A stretch of 64,000 nucleotides of DNA, from contig JBKBYA010000001.1 in the NCBI GenBank assembly GCA_046313635.1, forward strand, positions 652,340-716,339, written 5' to 3'. Of the stretch, positions 1-9,656 are shown in pieces. Below the pieces are notes generated by a model that made no database searches, was not told the DNA's origin, and was given only the letters and a program-made list of their open reading frames with translations. Each line of letters starts with the position of its first letter. Within the stretch, counting starts at the first letter, position 1. The DNA is from Pyrinomonadaceae bacterium (GTDB lineage Bacteria; Acidobacteriota; Blastocatellia; Pyrinomonadales; Pyrinomonadaceae). A program made the position numbers and the translations under genes.

Positions 1-123
1 TTCGTCGGTGCAGGGCTCGTCTTTGCGGCCGTGACCGACACGTGTGGAATGGCGATGGTCCTGGCGCGTATGCCGTGGAATCGCGGGCCCGTGAGCTGCG
101 AGAACGAGGCCGCGGCCAACTGA
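1..123 (+). CDS. 3' end of a DUF2892 (YgaP-like) membrane protein, probably rhodanese-fused; partial
   Basis: Manual frame-1 translation FVGAGLVFAAVTDTCGMAMVLARMPWNRGPVSCENEAAAN* matches the YgaP-type GAGL..A..T..CGM...L...PWN motif. Confidence 0.8.
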   Translation, partial: FVGAGLVFAAVTDTCGMAMVLARMPWNRGPVSCENEAAAN

Positions 124-137
124 CAGGGGAGGGACGG

Positions 138-890
138 GTGTTCTTTTTAGGTTTGGTCCTCAGCGCGGCCATCGGCCTGTCGCTTGGCCTGATCGGCGGA
201 GGCGGTTCGATACTGACGGTGCCGATCCTCGTCTATTTTCTTGGCGTCGGACCGCATTCGGCGGTCGCGATGTCGCTCGCGGTCGTCGGGGCGACGAGCC
301 TTTTCGGTACGTATCTGCATTGGCGGGTCGGCAATGTCGACCTTTCGGGCGGCTCGCTCTTTGGCATCACAGGCGTCGCGGGAGCTCTCGTCGGGTCGCC
401 GCTGACGCGGCTGGTCTCGCCCGAGGTGCTGCTGCTCATCTTCGGCGTGCTGATGCTGGTCGTGGCATCGGTGATGCTGCTCGGGCGGCGGCGGCAGGTC
501 GAGGACGTGCCGCGAGAGGCGCACCCGGTCAAGGCTGCGGCGGCGGGGGCCGGCGTCGGTGTCCTGACGGGCTTTTTAGGTGTCGGAGGCGGGTTTCTGA
601 TCGTTCCGGCACTGGTCTTGTTTGGCGGCATGACGATGAAGAAGGCCATCGGAACGTCGCTCTTGGTGATCTTTCTCAACTGTGTCGCGGGACTCGTCGG
701 ACACGTCAGTCAGGGTGTCCTTGACTGGCGTCTTATGTCCGCCGTTCTCGCTCTTTCGGTGGGCGGAGCGGCCGCGGGCACGCTGCTGTCGCACAGGCTC
801 GAGGCCCACCGTTTGCAGCGGCTCTTTGCGATCCTTGTGCTGACGGTCGCCGTCTTTCTGATCGCAAAGAATTACACGGCTGCGGCCTAG
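138..890 (+). CDS. Sulfite exporter TauE/SafE family protein
   Basis: GLIGGGGSILTVP and GFLGVGGGFLIVP repeats, many TM helices; GTG start at 138 after a GGGAGG RBS. Confidence 0.9.
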   Translation: MFFLGLVLSAAIGLSLGLIGGGGSILTVPILVYFLGVGPHSAVAMSLAVVGATSLFGTYLHWRVGNVDLSGGSLFGITGVAGALVGSPLTRLVSPEVLLLIFGVLMLVVASVMLLGRRRQVEDVPREAHPVKAAAAGAGVGVLTGFLGVGGGFLIVPALVLFGGMTMKKAIGTSLLVIFLNCVAGLVGHVSQGVLDWRLMSAVLALSVGGAAAGTLLSHRLEAHRLQRLFAILVLTVAVFLIAKNYTAAA

Positions 891-934
891 AGGGCACGGG
901 CCGTCACGCAACGAAACTTGGAGTTTAAAAAGCT

Positions 935-2329
935 ATGAAGTTCAAACAGTTCTATCTCGGTTGTCTCTCTCACGCGTCGTATTACATCGGCTCGGGTGAC
1001 GAAGCCGCGGTCATCGATCCGCAGCGTGACATTCAGCAGTATCTCGACGAGGCGGCGGCCAACGGGCAGACGATCAAGTATGTGATCGAGACGCACTCGC
1101 ACGCCGATTTTGTCAGCGGGCATATCGAACTAGCCCGGCGCACCGGCGCGCAGATCGTCTATGGCGAACGCGCGAATACGCAGTTCCCGACATTAAAGGT
1201 CAAAGAGGGCGACGAGCTGACGGTCGGCTCCGTCAAGCTCACGTTTCACGAGACGCCGGGCCACACGCCCGAGGGCATTACGATCGTCGCCGAAGATAGA
1301 GACGACCCGTCGGCTCCGCTGAAGATGTTCACGGGCGACACGCTTTTTATCGGCGATGTGGGCCGGCCCGACCTCGTCGGGTCGAAGGGGTTCACCGCCG
1401 AACAGATGGCGGGGATGCTGTACGACTCGCTGCACGAAAAGATCCTCAAGTATCCGGACGAGACCGAGATCTATCCGGCGCACGGTGCGGGCAGCCTTTG
1501 CGGCAAGTCGCTGTCGAAGGAGACGTGGTCGACGCTTGGCGATCAACGTCGGTTCAACTATGCACTGCAGCCGATGAGCAAGGAAGAATTCGTCACGCTC
1601 GTTGCGGCCGACCAGCCCGAGGTGCCGATGTACTTTCCAAAAAGCGCGGCCAAAAATCTCGAAGGCTCGCTTTCGCTCGACGAGCTGCCGAGACCCAGAC
1701 CGCTGACGAGCGAAGAGATACGCGCCTTTGACGGCGTCGTCGTGGACGTCCGGCCAAACACGAGTTTTGGTGAGGCGCACGTTCCAAATTCGATCAACAT
1801 CGGCCTCGGAGGGCAGTTCGCGTCGTGGGCCGGAACGCTCATCCCGGTCGGCACGCCTATCGCGATCGTCGCCGATACGGCAGAGCAGGTGGACGAAGCA
1901 TTTATGCGGCTCGCGCGCGTCGGGCTCGAGAGCGTCGCGGGCTACATTCTGATGCCCAATTACCAGGGCGAAACTTATCGGGTTGAGCAGCTGAGCGTCG
2001 AGGCCGCAAATGAGCGTGTGGCCGCTGCGGCCGATGGCGAGGTCCAGTTCGTGGACGTCCGTCGTGCGGCCGAGCACGCGGCGGGACACGCGGTCAAGAC
2101 CGTCAATCTGCCGCTCGATAGACTCTCGCGAGAGCTCGACCGGCTCGATCCTGCAAAGCCGACATTTGTCATCTGCCAGGGCGGATACCGGTCGAGCATC
2201 GGCACGAGCATTCTCGAGAATGCGGGCTTCAGGCAGCTCTACAACGTGCTCGGCGGAACCGCCGCGTGGATCAAGGCCGAACTCCCGACCGAGTCTTCGG
2301 GTACGGCGTGCGCTATGACGGGGAAGTAG
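935..2329 (+). CDS. MBL-fold persulfide dioxygenase fused to two rhodanese domains (CstB/Blh-like)
   Basis: ETHSHADFVSG, TPGHT, FTGD, PAHGAGSLCG; first rhodanese lacks the catalytic Cys, second has CQGGYRS. Confidence 0.9.
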   Translation: MKFKQFYLGCLSHASYYIGSGDEAAVIDPQRDIQQYLDEAAANGQTIKYVIETHSHADFVSGHIELARRTGAQIVYGERANTQFPTLKVKEGDELTVGSVKLTFHETPGHTPEGITIVAEDRDDPSAPLKMFTGDTLFIGDVGRPDLVGSKGFTAEQMAGMLYDSLHEKILKYPDETEIYPAHGAGSLCGKSLSKETWSTLGDQRRFNYALQPMSKEEFVTLVAADQPEVPMYFPKSAAKNLEGSLSLDELPRPRPLTSEEIRAFDGVVVDVRPNTSFGEAHVPNSINIGLGGQFASWAGTLIPVGTPIAIVADTAEQVDEAFMRLARVGLESVAGYILMPNYQGETYRVEQLSVEAANERVAAAADGEVQFVDVRRAAEHAAGHAVKTVNLPLDRLSRELDRLDPAKPTFVICQGGYRSSIGTSILENAGFRQLYNVLGGTAAWIKAELPTESSGTACAMTGK

Positions 2330-2364
2330 TTAGTCCGACGCCGAATGGTAAGGTAGAAAGAGTT

Positions 2365-2796
2365 ATGAAACGTGCATTCGTATTTCTGACAACTCTGGTC
2401 GCGGCGCTCGGCGCCGCCGGTGCGTGGGGCTGCTCGTCGGCCCCAAGCAAGAATAGCGATTCGCCGGCCGTCGTCGCGCAAAAGGGCGTCGTCGAGATCT
2501 CGCCCGAGCAGGCCGCTCCGGCGGTCGCGGCCGCGTATTCGCAGTTCATCGACGTGCGGACGCCCGAGGAGTTTGCCGCCGGTCACGCCGACCGGGCGCG
2601 CAATATCCCGCTCGACGTGCTCGCGCAGAATCTCGACAAGCTCGAAAAGAACGAGCCCGTTTACCTCATCTGCCAGAGCGGCAGCCGCTCAAAAAAGGCC
2701 GCGCAGATACTGGTCGACGCGGGATTCCCGCAGGCGATCAGCATCGCCGGCGGTACGGCAGCGTGGGACGCCGCGGGACTGCCGATGGCAAAGTAA
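2365..2796 (+). CDS. Rhodanese-like sulfurtransferase, probable lipoprotein
   Basis: Signal peptide ending AWG-C; IDVRTPEEFAAGH; active-site loop CQSGSRS. Confidence 0.85.
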   Translation: MKRAFVFLTTLVAALGAAGAWGCSSAPSKNSDSPAVVAQKGVVEISPEQAAPAVAAAYSQFIDVRTPEEFAAGHADRARNIPLDVLAQNLDKLEKNEPVYLICQSGSRSKKAAQILVDAGFPQAISIAGGTAAWDAAGLPMAK

Positions 2797-2802
2797 GGAG
2801 CT

Positions 2803-2967
2803 ATGGAATCGATACTGTGGTTTTTAGGACTCGGCGCGATCTGGCTGCTGCTGCAGCTCGTGATCCTGCCAAAACTGGGAATACCGACCTGAATGCGCGG
2901 GGCTTGCGACGCCGGTCGGCGTCATCGAGAGGACCAACGCGCTCAGAGCGGCGAAGAAAAGGACTAA
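2803..2967 (+). CDS. Candidate 54-aa membrane selenoprotein (Sec at codon 30, TGA 2890-2892); otherwise a 29-aa peptide
   Basis: MESILWFLGLGAIWLLLQLVILPKLGIPT-U-MRGACDAGRRHREDQRAQSGEEKD*; AGGAG just upstream; SECIS-like hairpin downstream; fills the operon gap. Confidence 0.7.
2903..2929 (+). promoter_or_regulatory. Putative bacterial SECIS element
   Basis: CTTG-C-GACGCC-[GGTC]-GGCGTC-AT-CGAG; 21 nt separate the TGA from the loop; same GGUC apical loop as E. coli fdhF SECIS. Confidence 0.65.
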
Positions 2968-2976
2968 GGGGGAAGT

Positions 2977-3405
2977 ATGGAAAATTCAGCTGCGGAACGC
3001 GCGGTAAAAAAGACCAAATACGGATCGGCCCGCGAGGTGCCGGCGGCCTTTGACGAGGCCGTCGAGCGGACACGCGAGGCCTTGAAGGGCGAGGGGTTTG
3101 GCGTCTTGTCCGAGATCAGGATGGACGAGAAGTTCAAGGAGAAGCTCGGCGTCGATTTTCGCAAGTATGTGATACTCGGCGCCTGCAACCCGCCGCTTGC
3201 ATACAAGACCGTGCAGGAGGATTTGAACATCGGCCTGCTGCTGCCGTGCAACGTTGTCGTCTACGAGTCGGACGACGGTGCCGGATCGGTCGTGGCCGCG
3301 ATCGACGCAAAAGCGATGATGTCGGTCGTCGGAGACAGCCCGGAGATCGTCGGGGTCGCCGAGGAAGTCAACGAGAAGCTGCAGCGCGTGATCGAGCGGA
3401 TCTGA
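2977..3405 (+). CDS. DUF302 domain protein
   Basis: EGFGVLSEI, ILGACNPPLA, IGLLLPCNVVV motifs. Confidence 0.9.
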   Translation: MENSAAERAVKKTKYGSAREVPAAFDEAVERTREALKGEGFGVLSEIRMDEKFKEKLGVDFRKYVILGACNPPLAYKTVQEDLNIGLLLPCNVVVYESDDGAGSVVAAIDAKAMMSVVGDSPEIVGVAEEVNEKLQRVIERI

Positions 3406-3444
3406 GATCGCGATCGGCTTGCCGGACGCATTAGGAGTTGTAAG

Positions 3445-3993
3445 TTGGAAGCAAGCACTGAAAAAAGGCCGGCATGGCGCCGGCGGGTGGCCGAATGGCT
3501 TGGTTATGCGGCGCTTTTTGCGGCAGTACTTTTCTTTTTCGGGCCCGAGTCTTGGTGGCAGTTTGGCGTATCGCCGGTCGCCGAGCGGCGGGCGACGTCG
3601 TCGTTCACTCTGCCAAAGCTCGGCGGCGGCGAATGGAGACTATCGGAGTCGCGAGGGCGCGTCGTGGTCGTCAACTACTGGGCGACCTGGTGCCCGCCGT
3701 GCAGGATAGAGATGCCCGGGCTCGTCAGCTTCGCGAATGAGTATGGACCAAAGGGCGTCGACGTGGTCGGCGTAACGGTCGACGACGACCTCGCGCTCGT
3801 CCCTCCTTTTGCGGAGAAATACGGGATACCGTATCCGATACTTACTCCCGGGACCGACCCGAACGCGGGCGGCGAGATGGCCTTGCCGACGACCTTTCTC
3901 TACGACAAGCAAGGCAGGCTCGCCAAGAAGTATACGGGGATCGTTCTCGAGTCGACGCTCGGTTCGGATGTAGAGAAACTGCTCGCGGAGTAG
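3445..3993 (+). CDS. TlpA-family thiol:disulfide oxidoreductase, membrane anchored
   Basis: VNYWATWCPPC and LPTTF motifs; AGGAG RBS before a TTG start. Confidence 0.9.
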   Translation: MEASTEKRPAWRRRVAEWLGYAALFAAVLFFFGPESWWQFGVSPVAERRATSSFTLPKLGGGEWRLSESRGRVVVVNYWATWCPPCRIEMPGLVSFANEYGPKGVDVVGVTVDDDLALVPPFAEKYGIPYPILTPGTDPNAGGEMALPTTFLYDKQGRLAKKYTGIVLESTLGSDVEKLLAE

Positions 3994-4049
3994 CGGCCGA
4001 CGCGTGGGCGGTCCGGTCGGTCGGCCGACCCTCGTCGACAGATCATTTA

Positions 4050-4290
4050 CCCGCGAAAATACGCGAAACGGAGCGAAGCGGCAGAAGTATCGTGGCCGCG
4101 GATAGACGCTGATAACGCGGATACAGGAAAGAGAATGCTCCTATTCCTTCCTGATCCGCGTTATCCGATCTTATCCGCGGTCAAATTGTTATTGGCTTTC
4201 GTTTCGCGTGTTTCGTGGGCATTTAAGAGCCCGCCCGCTTACGCGGGGCGGTTCTGACAAGCCCGCCCGCTTACGTGGGGCGGTTCTGAC
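4050..4290. repeat. Composite nested inverted repeat plus two direct REP-like copies
   Basis: 4050-4070 pairs with 4200-4219; 4093-4129 pairs with 4148-4183; AGCCCGCCCGCTTACGYGGGGCGGTTCTGAC at 4228-4258 and 4260-4290. Confidence 0.85.
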
Positions 4291-5631
4291 TTAGATCTCT
4301 TTTTGGGCGAGCTCGCCCCAGCGCTGGACGTATCGTCGGCGGTATGCGGGCGAGACCTTGACCGATTCGACGGCCTGCTCAAAGAGTTCGCGGGCGGCGT
4401 CCTGGCGGCCTTCGCCCTTGATCGCCTTGCCGAGGTAGTAGAGGCCTTCGGCGTCGAACGGGCGGCGGAGTTTGAACCTCTCAAGTGCCTCGCGCGCTTC
4501 GCTGAACATCGACGCCGCAAGATACGTCGCGCCGATCTCGCGCCATATCTCGTTGAGAGAGTGCGTGTCGTCCTGCTCGACGACGATCGAGAAATGGTCG
4601 AGCGCCTTTTGCAGGTCGCCGCCGACGCGCGCCATCCGGCCAAGTTCGTAATTGGCCTCGATCTCGCGCGGGTCGATCTCGAGTGCCTTTTTCAGATGTT
4701 CAAGAGCTTTCCTCTGCTGGTGGCGAAACCGGTAGACGTGCGCGAGCTGAACGTGAGCGTCGGCGTTGCTCGGGTTGGTGGCGATCTCGTGCAGCAGGCG
4801 TTTGTAATTTTGTCTCGGCAGGACGGACTTTTTGAATTCGCTGAACTGCGCGTCCACGCTGCCGCGGAAATAGACAAAGGCGTACAGCACGATCAGCGGC
4901 ATAAAAAACACCGCTGGGACAAACGCGAAGACGAAGTGCGCGAGACAAAACGCGACCGAGCCGACCGCGACGACGGGCACCGCAGTCCGAAGAGAGGCTC
5001 CGAGAGCGGTCCGCAAAACGAACACGCTGAAGAACGCAAAGAGCAGTCCGCTCGCGGCCCACATCGTCAGATAGACGATCGGGTCCACGGCCGCTCCCGA
5101 CAAAATGAGCGCCGCTGCCGCGATCGCGAAAGGCAGGTGTGCCGCCGCCCACATCGTGAGCGTGCATGTGGCGAGCGTCCCGTATTCGCGTGCGATCACA
5201 TCGCCGTAGCTCCCGATTTTGCTGACGAGCGAGAGCAGAAAGACGCACAGCGGCAAAAAGAAGATCGACACCCCGATCAGCGGCCGCAGCATCTCTGCCG
5301 GCTCAAAGGTGAAATAGACAAAGAACGCGTCGCCGACAAAAGGAATGCGCGGGCGAGCGGCCTCGGCCGTATTGGGTCCTGCTGCAGCGTCCTCGCGCTT
5401 TGCGGCGCTCGCCTCGGCCGGCCCGCCGGCGACCTGCTCGGCAGCGACAAGATCCGCAAGGTCGTTGAGCTTGTACGCGGCGTCGAGCTGACGGTTGACC
5501 GTAAAGGAGAACGCGGCCGACACGACGACGACAAGCGCGACCGAGAACGCCCAGCTGCCGCGGTCCATCAGATCGCTGACAGCCGCGCCGGGGCGTCCGT
5601 ACACCCGGAGGAAAAGCTTTAAGTTGTTCAT
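4291..5631 (-). CDS. Membrane protein (Yip1-like N-terminus) with C-terminal TPR repeats
   Basis: Several TM helices, then TPR-like segments (ADAHVQLAHVY, ALEIDP, YYLGKA). Confidence 0.75.
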   Translation of the reverse strand: MNNLKLFLRVYGRPGAAVSDLMDRGSWAFSVALVVVVSAAFSFTVNRQLDAAYKLNDLADLVAAEQVAGGPAEASAAKREDAAAGPNTAEAARPRIPFVGDAFFVYFTFEPAEMLRPLIGVSIFFLPLCVFLLSLVSKIGSYGDVIAREYGTLATCTLTMWAAAHLPFAIAAAALILSGAAVDPIVYLTMWAASGLLFAFFSVFVLRTALGASLRTAVPVVAVGSVAFCLAHFVFAFVPAVFFMPLIVLYAFVYFRGSVDAQFSEFKKSVLPRQNYKRLLHEIATNPSNADAHVQLAHVYRFRHQQRKALEHLKKALEIDPREIEANYELGRMARVGGDLQKALDHFSIVVEQDDTHSLNEIWREIGATYLAASMFSEAREALERFKLRRPFDAEGLYYLGKAIKGEGRQDAARELFEQAVESVKVSPAYRRRYVQRWGELAQKEI

Positions 5632-5777
5632 ACTTCGAACGTGAAAGAAAAGGGTGAGCGAAGGAGATTCGCAGGTTCAGGCTAGCGAGCGGTAAAAGCG
5701 GTGTCAAGTTTTGAATGCACGGTTTATCGAGTAAAATCGGGCTTTCAGCGATCCTAAATTTTTTATAAACCAGAAAG

Positions 5778-7184
5778 ATGTCAGAAACAGCAGAGAAAGC
5801 GACAGCGACGCGGATCGAGACCGACTCGATGGGCGAGATCGAGGTACCGGCAAATGTCTATTGGGGAGCGCAGACGCAGCGTTCGCTCAAGCACTTCAAT
5901 ATCGGATCCGACGTGATGCCGCGCGAGGTCATCCGCGCGCTCGGCATACTGAAAAAAGCTGCGGCGATCGTCAACTTCGATCTCGGCAAGCTGCCCGAGG
6001 ACAAGATGAGGCTCATCGTCCAGGCCGCCGACGAGGTGATCGACGGAAAGCTCGACGCACACTTTCCGCTGCGCGTGTGGCAGACCGGCTCGGGCACGCA
6101 GACCAATATGAACGCGAACGAGGTCATCTCAAACCGCGCGATCGAGATCGCCGGCGGCGTGATGGGCTCGAAGACGCCGATCCACCCCAACGACGACGTC
6201 AACAAGTCGCAATCGTCCAACGATACCTTTCCGACCGCGATGTATATCGCCGCCGCCGAGCGGCTGACGGCGCTGATCCCCGAAGTGCAAAAGGTCAGCG
6301 ACGCGATCAAGGCAAAGTCGCGCGAGTTTGAGGGCGTCGTCAAGATCGGGCGCACGCACCTGCAGGACGCGACGCCGGTCACGGTCTCGCAGGAGTTCAA
6401 CGGCTGGGCAAGTCTGATCGATCGCGACATCGAGCGGCTGCGGATGGTTTTGCCGGGACTGATGGACCTCGCGATCGGCGGCACCGCGGTGGGCACGGGT
6501 CTCAACGCGCATCCGGAATTTGCTGAGCGTGCCGCGGCCAAGATCGCCGAGCTCACCGGACTGCCTTTCAAATCGCATCCGGACAAGTTTGCCGCGCTGT
6601 CTGCGCATGACGAGCTGGTCTTTGCGTCGGGAGCGCTCAAGACGCTTGCGGCAAGCCTGATGAAGATCGCCAACGACATTCGATGGCTTGCCTCGGGCCC
6701 GCGATGCGGCATCGGAGAGATAACGCTGCCCGAGAACGAGCCCGGTTCGTCGATCATGCCGGGCAAAGTGAATCCTACGCAGAGCGAGGCGATGACGATG
6801 GTCGCCGTGCAGGTCTTTGGCAACGACGCGGCGATCGGGTTTGCGGGCTCGCAGGGCAATTTTGAGCTCAACGTTTTTAAGCCGGTGATGATCCACAACT
6901 TTCTTCACTCGGTGCGGCTCATCCACGACGCGTGTCACGGCTTTGTCGATTACTGCATCGCGGGAATCGAGCTCAATCGCGAGAATATCGACCATTACCT
7001 GCGAAACTCTCTCATGCTCGTCACCGCGCTCAACCAGCACATCGGCTACGACAACGCCGCAAAGATCGCCAAGAACGCGCACAAGAAAGGCATCTCGCTG
7101 AAGGAATCGGCCGTCGAGCTCGGTCTGCTGACGGCCGAGAGATTCGACGAGCTCGTCCGCGCCGAAGATATGACGCACCCGTAA
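5778..7184 (+). CDS. fumC: Class II fumarate hydratase
   Basis: [41 protein letters not shown]. Confidence 0.97.
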   Translation: MSETAEKATATRIETDSMGEIEVPANVYWGAQTQRSLKHFNIGSDVMPREVIRALGILKKAAAIVNFDLGKLPEDKMRLIVQAADEVIDGKLDAHFPLRVWQTGSGTQTNMNANEVISNRAIEIAGGVMGSKTPIHPNDDVNKSQSSNDTFPTAMYIAAAERLTALIPEVQKVSDAIKAKSREFEGVVKIGRTHLQDATPVTVSQEFNGWASLIDRDIERLRMVLPGLMDLAIGGTAVGTGLNAHPEFAERAAAKIAELTGLPFKSHPDKFAALSAHDELVFASGALKTLAASLMKIANDIRWLASGPRCGIGEITLPENEPGSSIMPGKVNPTQSEAMTMVAVQVFGNDAAIGFAGSQGNFELNVFKPVMIHNFLHSVRLIHDACHGFVDYCIAGIELNRENIDHYLRNSLMLVTALNQHIGYDNAAKIAKNAHKKGISLKESAVELGLLTAERFDELVRAEDMTHP

Positions 7185-7383
7185 AGCCGGCGGCAGGCGT
7201 AAAGATGCACTACGCGGCTGAGCTGCGGTCTGTTTACATTAAGGTGCGGTGCAAAAGGGCCGAAGCGGCGCGCAAAAGCGCTTCGCTTCGGCCCCGAGGC
7301 GCGCCTGGCCGCACTGTCAGAATCCGTACAGACTTTCGGCGCCGGAAGTGCGACAATGAACGCACGATATTTCGCTTCCGGTT

Positions 7384-7827
7384 ATGGAAAACGCTGCGGC
7401 AAACCTCGACAATTCTCCCGCCGAAAGACACTCCTCGATCCTCGTCGTCGAGGACAGCAAAGACTCTCGCGAGATGTTGACCGAGCTGCTGCGGACGAGC
7501 GATCCCGGCTACATCGTGACGGCGGTCGAGACCGCGGCCGAGGCGCTCGCGCTGGATAAGCCGGGCAGGTTTGACCTGTACATTCTGGATATCTGGCTGC
7601 CGGGAATGGACGGGATCAGCCTCTGCCGCCGCCTGCGCGAGCGCGGGCGGACCGAGCCGATACTCTTCTTTTCGGCGATGGTCCAGCCGAACGACAAGGA
7701 CTATGTCTTAAAGGCCGGCGCGGACGAGTTCCTGATCAAGCCCAGAGATCTCGACCTCTTTTTGCCGACCGTGAGGCGTCTGCTGCAGCAGTCGGTCGAT
7801 CAAAAACCGGAGCCCTCCGCCCGATAA
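7384..7827 (+). CDS. Single-domain response regulator (receiver)
   Basis: ILVVEDS, LDIWLPGMDG, FLIKP. Confidence 0.9.
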   Translation: MENAAANLDNSPAERHSSILVVEDSKDSREMLTELLRTSDPGYIVTAVETAAEALALDKPGRFDLYILDIWLPGMDGISLCRRLRERGRTEPILFFSAMVQPNDKDYVLKAGADEFLIKPRDLDLFLPTVRRLLQQSVDQKPEPSAR

Positions 7828-8147
7828 GCAAGGTACAAATAAACGGCCAGCAGCACTATCGCCGCCGCGGCCGCGACGATGGCGATGCCGATAAGGAGCA
7901 GCAGCCAAGCTGCGGTGCGCCTGCCGGCCGAGGGACGCTCCCTTCTCTCTTCGACGGCCGATCCGCTCTCACCCGCGGGCCCTTTGGCGCCCGTCACATT
8001 TACACCCAGCCGCCGCGGGAGCGTGCCGCCGCTCGACTGTCGAAAGACCGGCTCCGGCATTGTCCAGCCGTCCGCGGGCTTGTCGACCGGTCGGGTCGGG
8101 ACGTCGTCCTCGTTAGGCTCGTGCGCCGCTGCTGTTTTGTCCGTCAT
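7800..8147 (-). CDS. Hypothetical protein with C-terminal TM helix
   Basis: Starts 11 nt after the CBS gene on the same strand; hydrophobic C-terminal helix. Confidence 0.6.
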   Translation of the reverse strand: MTDKTAAAHEPNEDDVPTRPVDKPADGWTMPEPVFRQSSGGTLPRRLGVNVTGAKGPAGESGSAVEERRERPSAGRRTAAWLLLLIGIAIVAAAAAIVLLAVYLYLAYRAEGSGF

Positions 8148-8158
8148 CGCTTGCCGAA

Positions 8159-9526
8159 TTATCGCTGCAGGTCGAGCACGTCAGATCGCGTGATGATGCC
8201 CGTGATCCGCTTAAAGTCTTCGATCAAGACCGCCGGCGAACGCTGCAGCATCGATCTGATCTCGTTCAGACTCGCGTCCACCTCGACCACCGGAAAGCTC
8301 TCGTCCATCACGTCCCTCACCGGTGCGTTGAGCAGCTCGCGGTCGCTGAGCAGCTTTGTCAGCACGTGGCTCTCGCGCAGGCTGCCAACCGAGCGGTGAT
8401 CGTCGAGGACGGGAAGCTGCGTGATGCCGTTCTCGGTCATTCGGGTCAGGGCCTGGCCGACCGTCTCCTCGGGCGAGACGTAAACGAGCTCGGCGGGCGA
8501 ACTGCCGTTCTTGGTCTCGTTGATGAGACCGGCCGTGATGCGCTGCGGCTCGAGCAGGAGCTTTTCTTTCATCCACTCGTCCGAATGGAATTTCGACAGG
8601 TAATGCTCGCCCGTGTCGCAGACGATAAAGACGACGACCGCGCTCTCGTCGAGGTCCTTTGCGACCTTGAGGGCCGCGGCGAGATTGGTGCCGGTCGAGC
8701 CGCCGCAAAAGATGCCCTCGCGGCGCGAGAGCTGCCGTGCGAGGTCAAACGACTCGCGATCGGTGACGTTGATGATCTCGTCGATCACGCTCATATCGGC
8801 GTTCCCGACCGGCAGCGATTGACCGATGCCCTCGACGAGATAGGGCGTGGCCTCGGGCACGAAGCCCGAGTCTTTGTACGTCTTAAAGATCGAGCCGTAG
8901 GGGTCGGCGCCGATGATCTTGATCTCGGGATTCTTCTCTTTGAGATAGCGGCCCGTACCGCTGATCGTGCCGCCCGTGCCGATGCCTGCGACAAAGTGGG
9001 TGATCTTGCCGTCGGTGTCGTTCCAGACCTCGGGCCCGGTCGTGCGATAGTGCGCGGCCGGGTTTGCCGGGTGCGAGTACTGGTCGGGATAGAACGAGTT
9101 CGGCGTCGCGGCCGCGATACGCTTGGCGGTCTCGTGATAATGATCGGGCGTGCCGTGCTTGGCGGCGGCGGGGCAGACGACGATGTCGGCGCCGACGGCC
9201 TTTAGATAGCGCTGCTTCTCGACCGAGACCTTGTCGGTCAGGACAAAGATGCACTTGTAGCCGCGGACGGCCGCGGTGAGAGCGAGGCCGATGCCCGTAT
9301 TGCCGCTGGTCGCCTCGATGATCGTGCCGCCGGGCTTAAGGACGCCTTCTTTTTCGGCCCAATCGATCATCGAGATGCCGATGCGGTCCTTGACCGAGTA
9401 GCCGGGATTCAGGCTCTCCATCTTGGCAAAGATCTGTGCCTTGACGCCGTGCTGGCGCGTGATGTGATTTACTTTGACGAGCGGCGTGCCGCCGATAAGC
9501 TCTAATACGTTCTGGTAGAATTTCAT
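8159..9526 (-). CDS. cbs: Cystathionine beta-synthase (PLP domain plus CBS pair)
   Basis: [23 protein letters not shown]-terminal CBS domains. Confidence 0.9.
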   Translation of the reverse strand: MKFYQNVLELIGGTPLVKVNHITRQHGVKAQIFAKMESLNPGYSVKDRIGISMIDWAEKEGVLKPGGTIIEATSGNTGIGLALTAAVRGYKCIFVLTDKVSVEKQRYLKAVGADIVVCPAAAKHGTPDHYHETAKRIAAATPNSFYPDQYSHPANPAAHYRTTGPEVWNDTDGKITHFVAGIGTGGTISGTGRYLKEKNPEIKIIGADPYGSIFKTYKDSGFVPEATPYLVEGIGQSLPVGNADMSVIDEIINVTDRESFDLARQLSRREGIFCGGSTGTNLAAALKVAKDLDESAVVVFIVCDTGEHYLSKFHSDEWMKEKLLLEPQRITAGLINETKNGSSPAELVYVSPEETVGQALTRMTENGITQLPVLDDHRSVGSLRESHVLTKLLSDRELLNAPVRDVMDESFPVVEVDASLNEIRSMLQRSPAVLIEDFKRITGIITRSDVLDLQR

Positions 9527-9601
9527 CGCTTGTTAAAATGCCTGCTATAAAGATCGTCTATTATTCGATAATCTTAGCCCCGAATCGATTCACTGCAAAA
9601 C

Positions 9602-9628
9602 TGAAACGCTTTTGCGCGCATCTGCGTA
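9602..9628 (+). promoter_or_regulatory. Putative ECF sigma promoter
   Basis: TGAAAC-N17-CGTA 28 nt before the S41 peptidase start. Confidence 0.5.
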
Positions 9629-9656
9629 GTATCGGCCGCGGCATGCCGCATCGATC

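Noticed and set aside
3403..3447. DUF302 TGA stop is in frame with the downstream TlpA ORF (possible readthrough fusion)
   Set aside because: DUF302 ends at its normal C-terminus, TlpA has its own AGGAG RBS, and there is no convincing SECIS hairpin
4228..4290. Two 31-bp direct repeats as a mini-CRISPR
   Set aside because: Only 1 nt apart; copies are dispersed and inverted elsewhere, which fits REP elements
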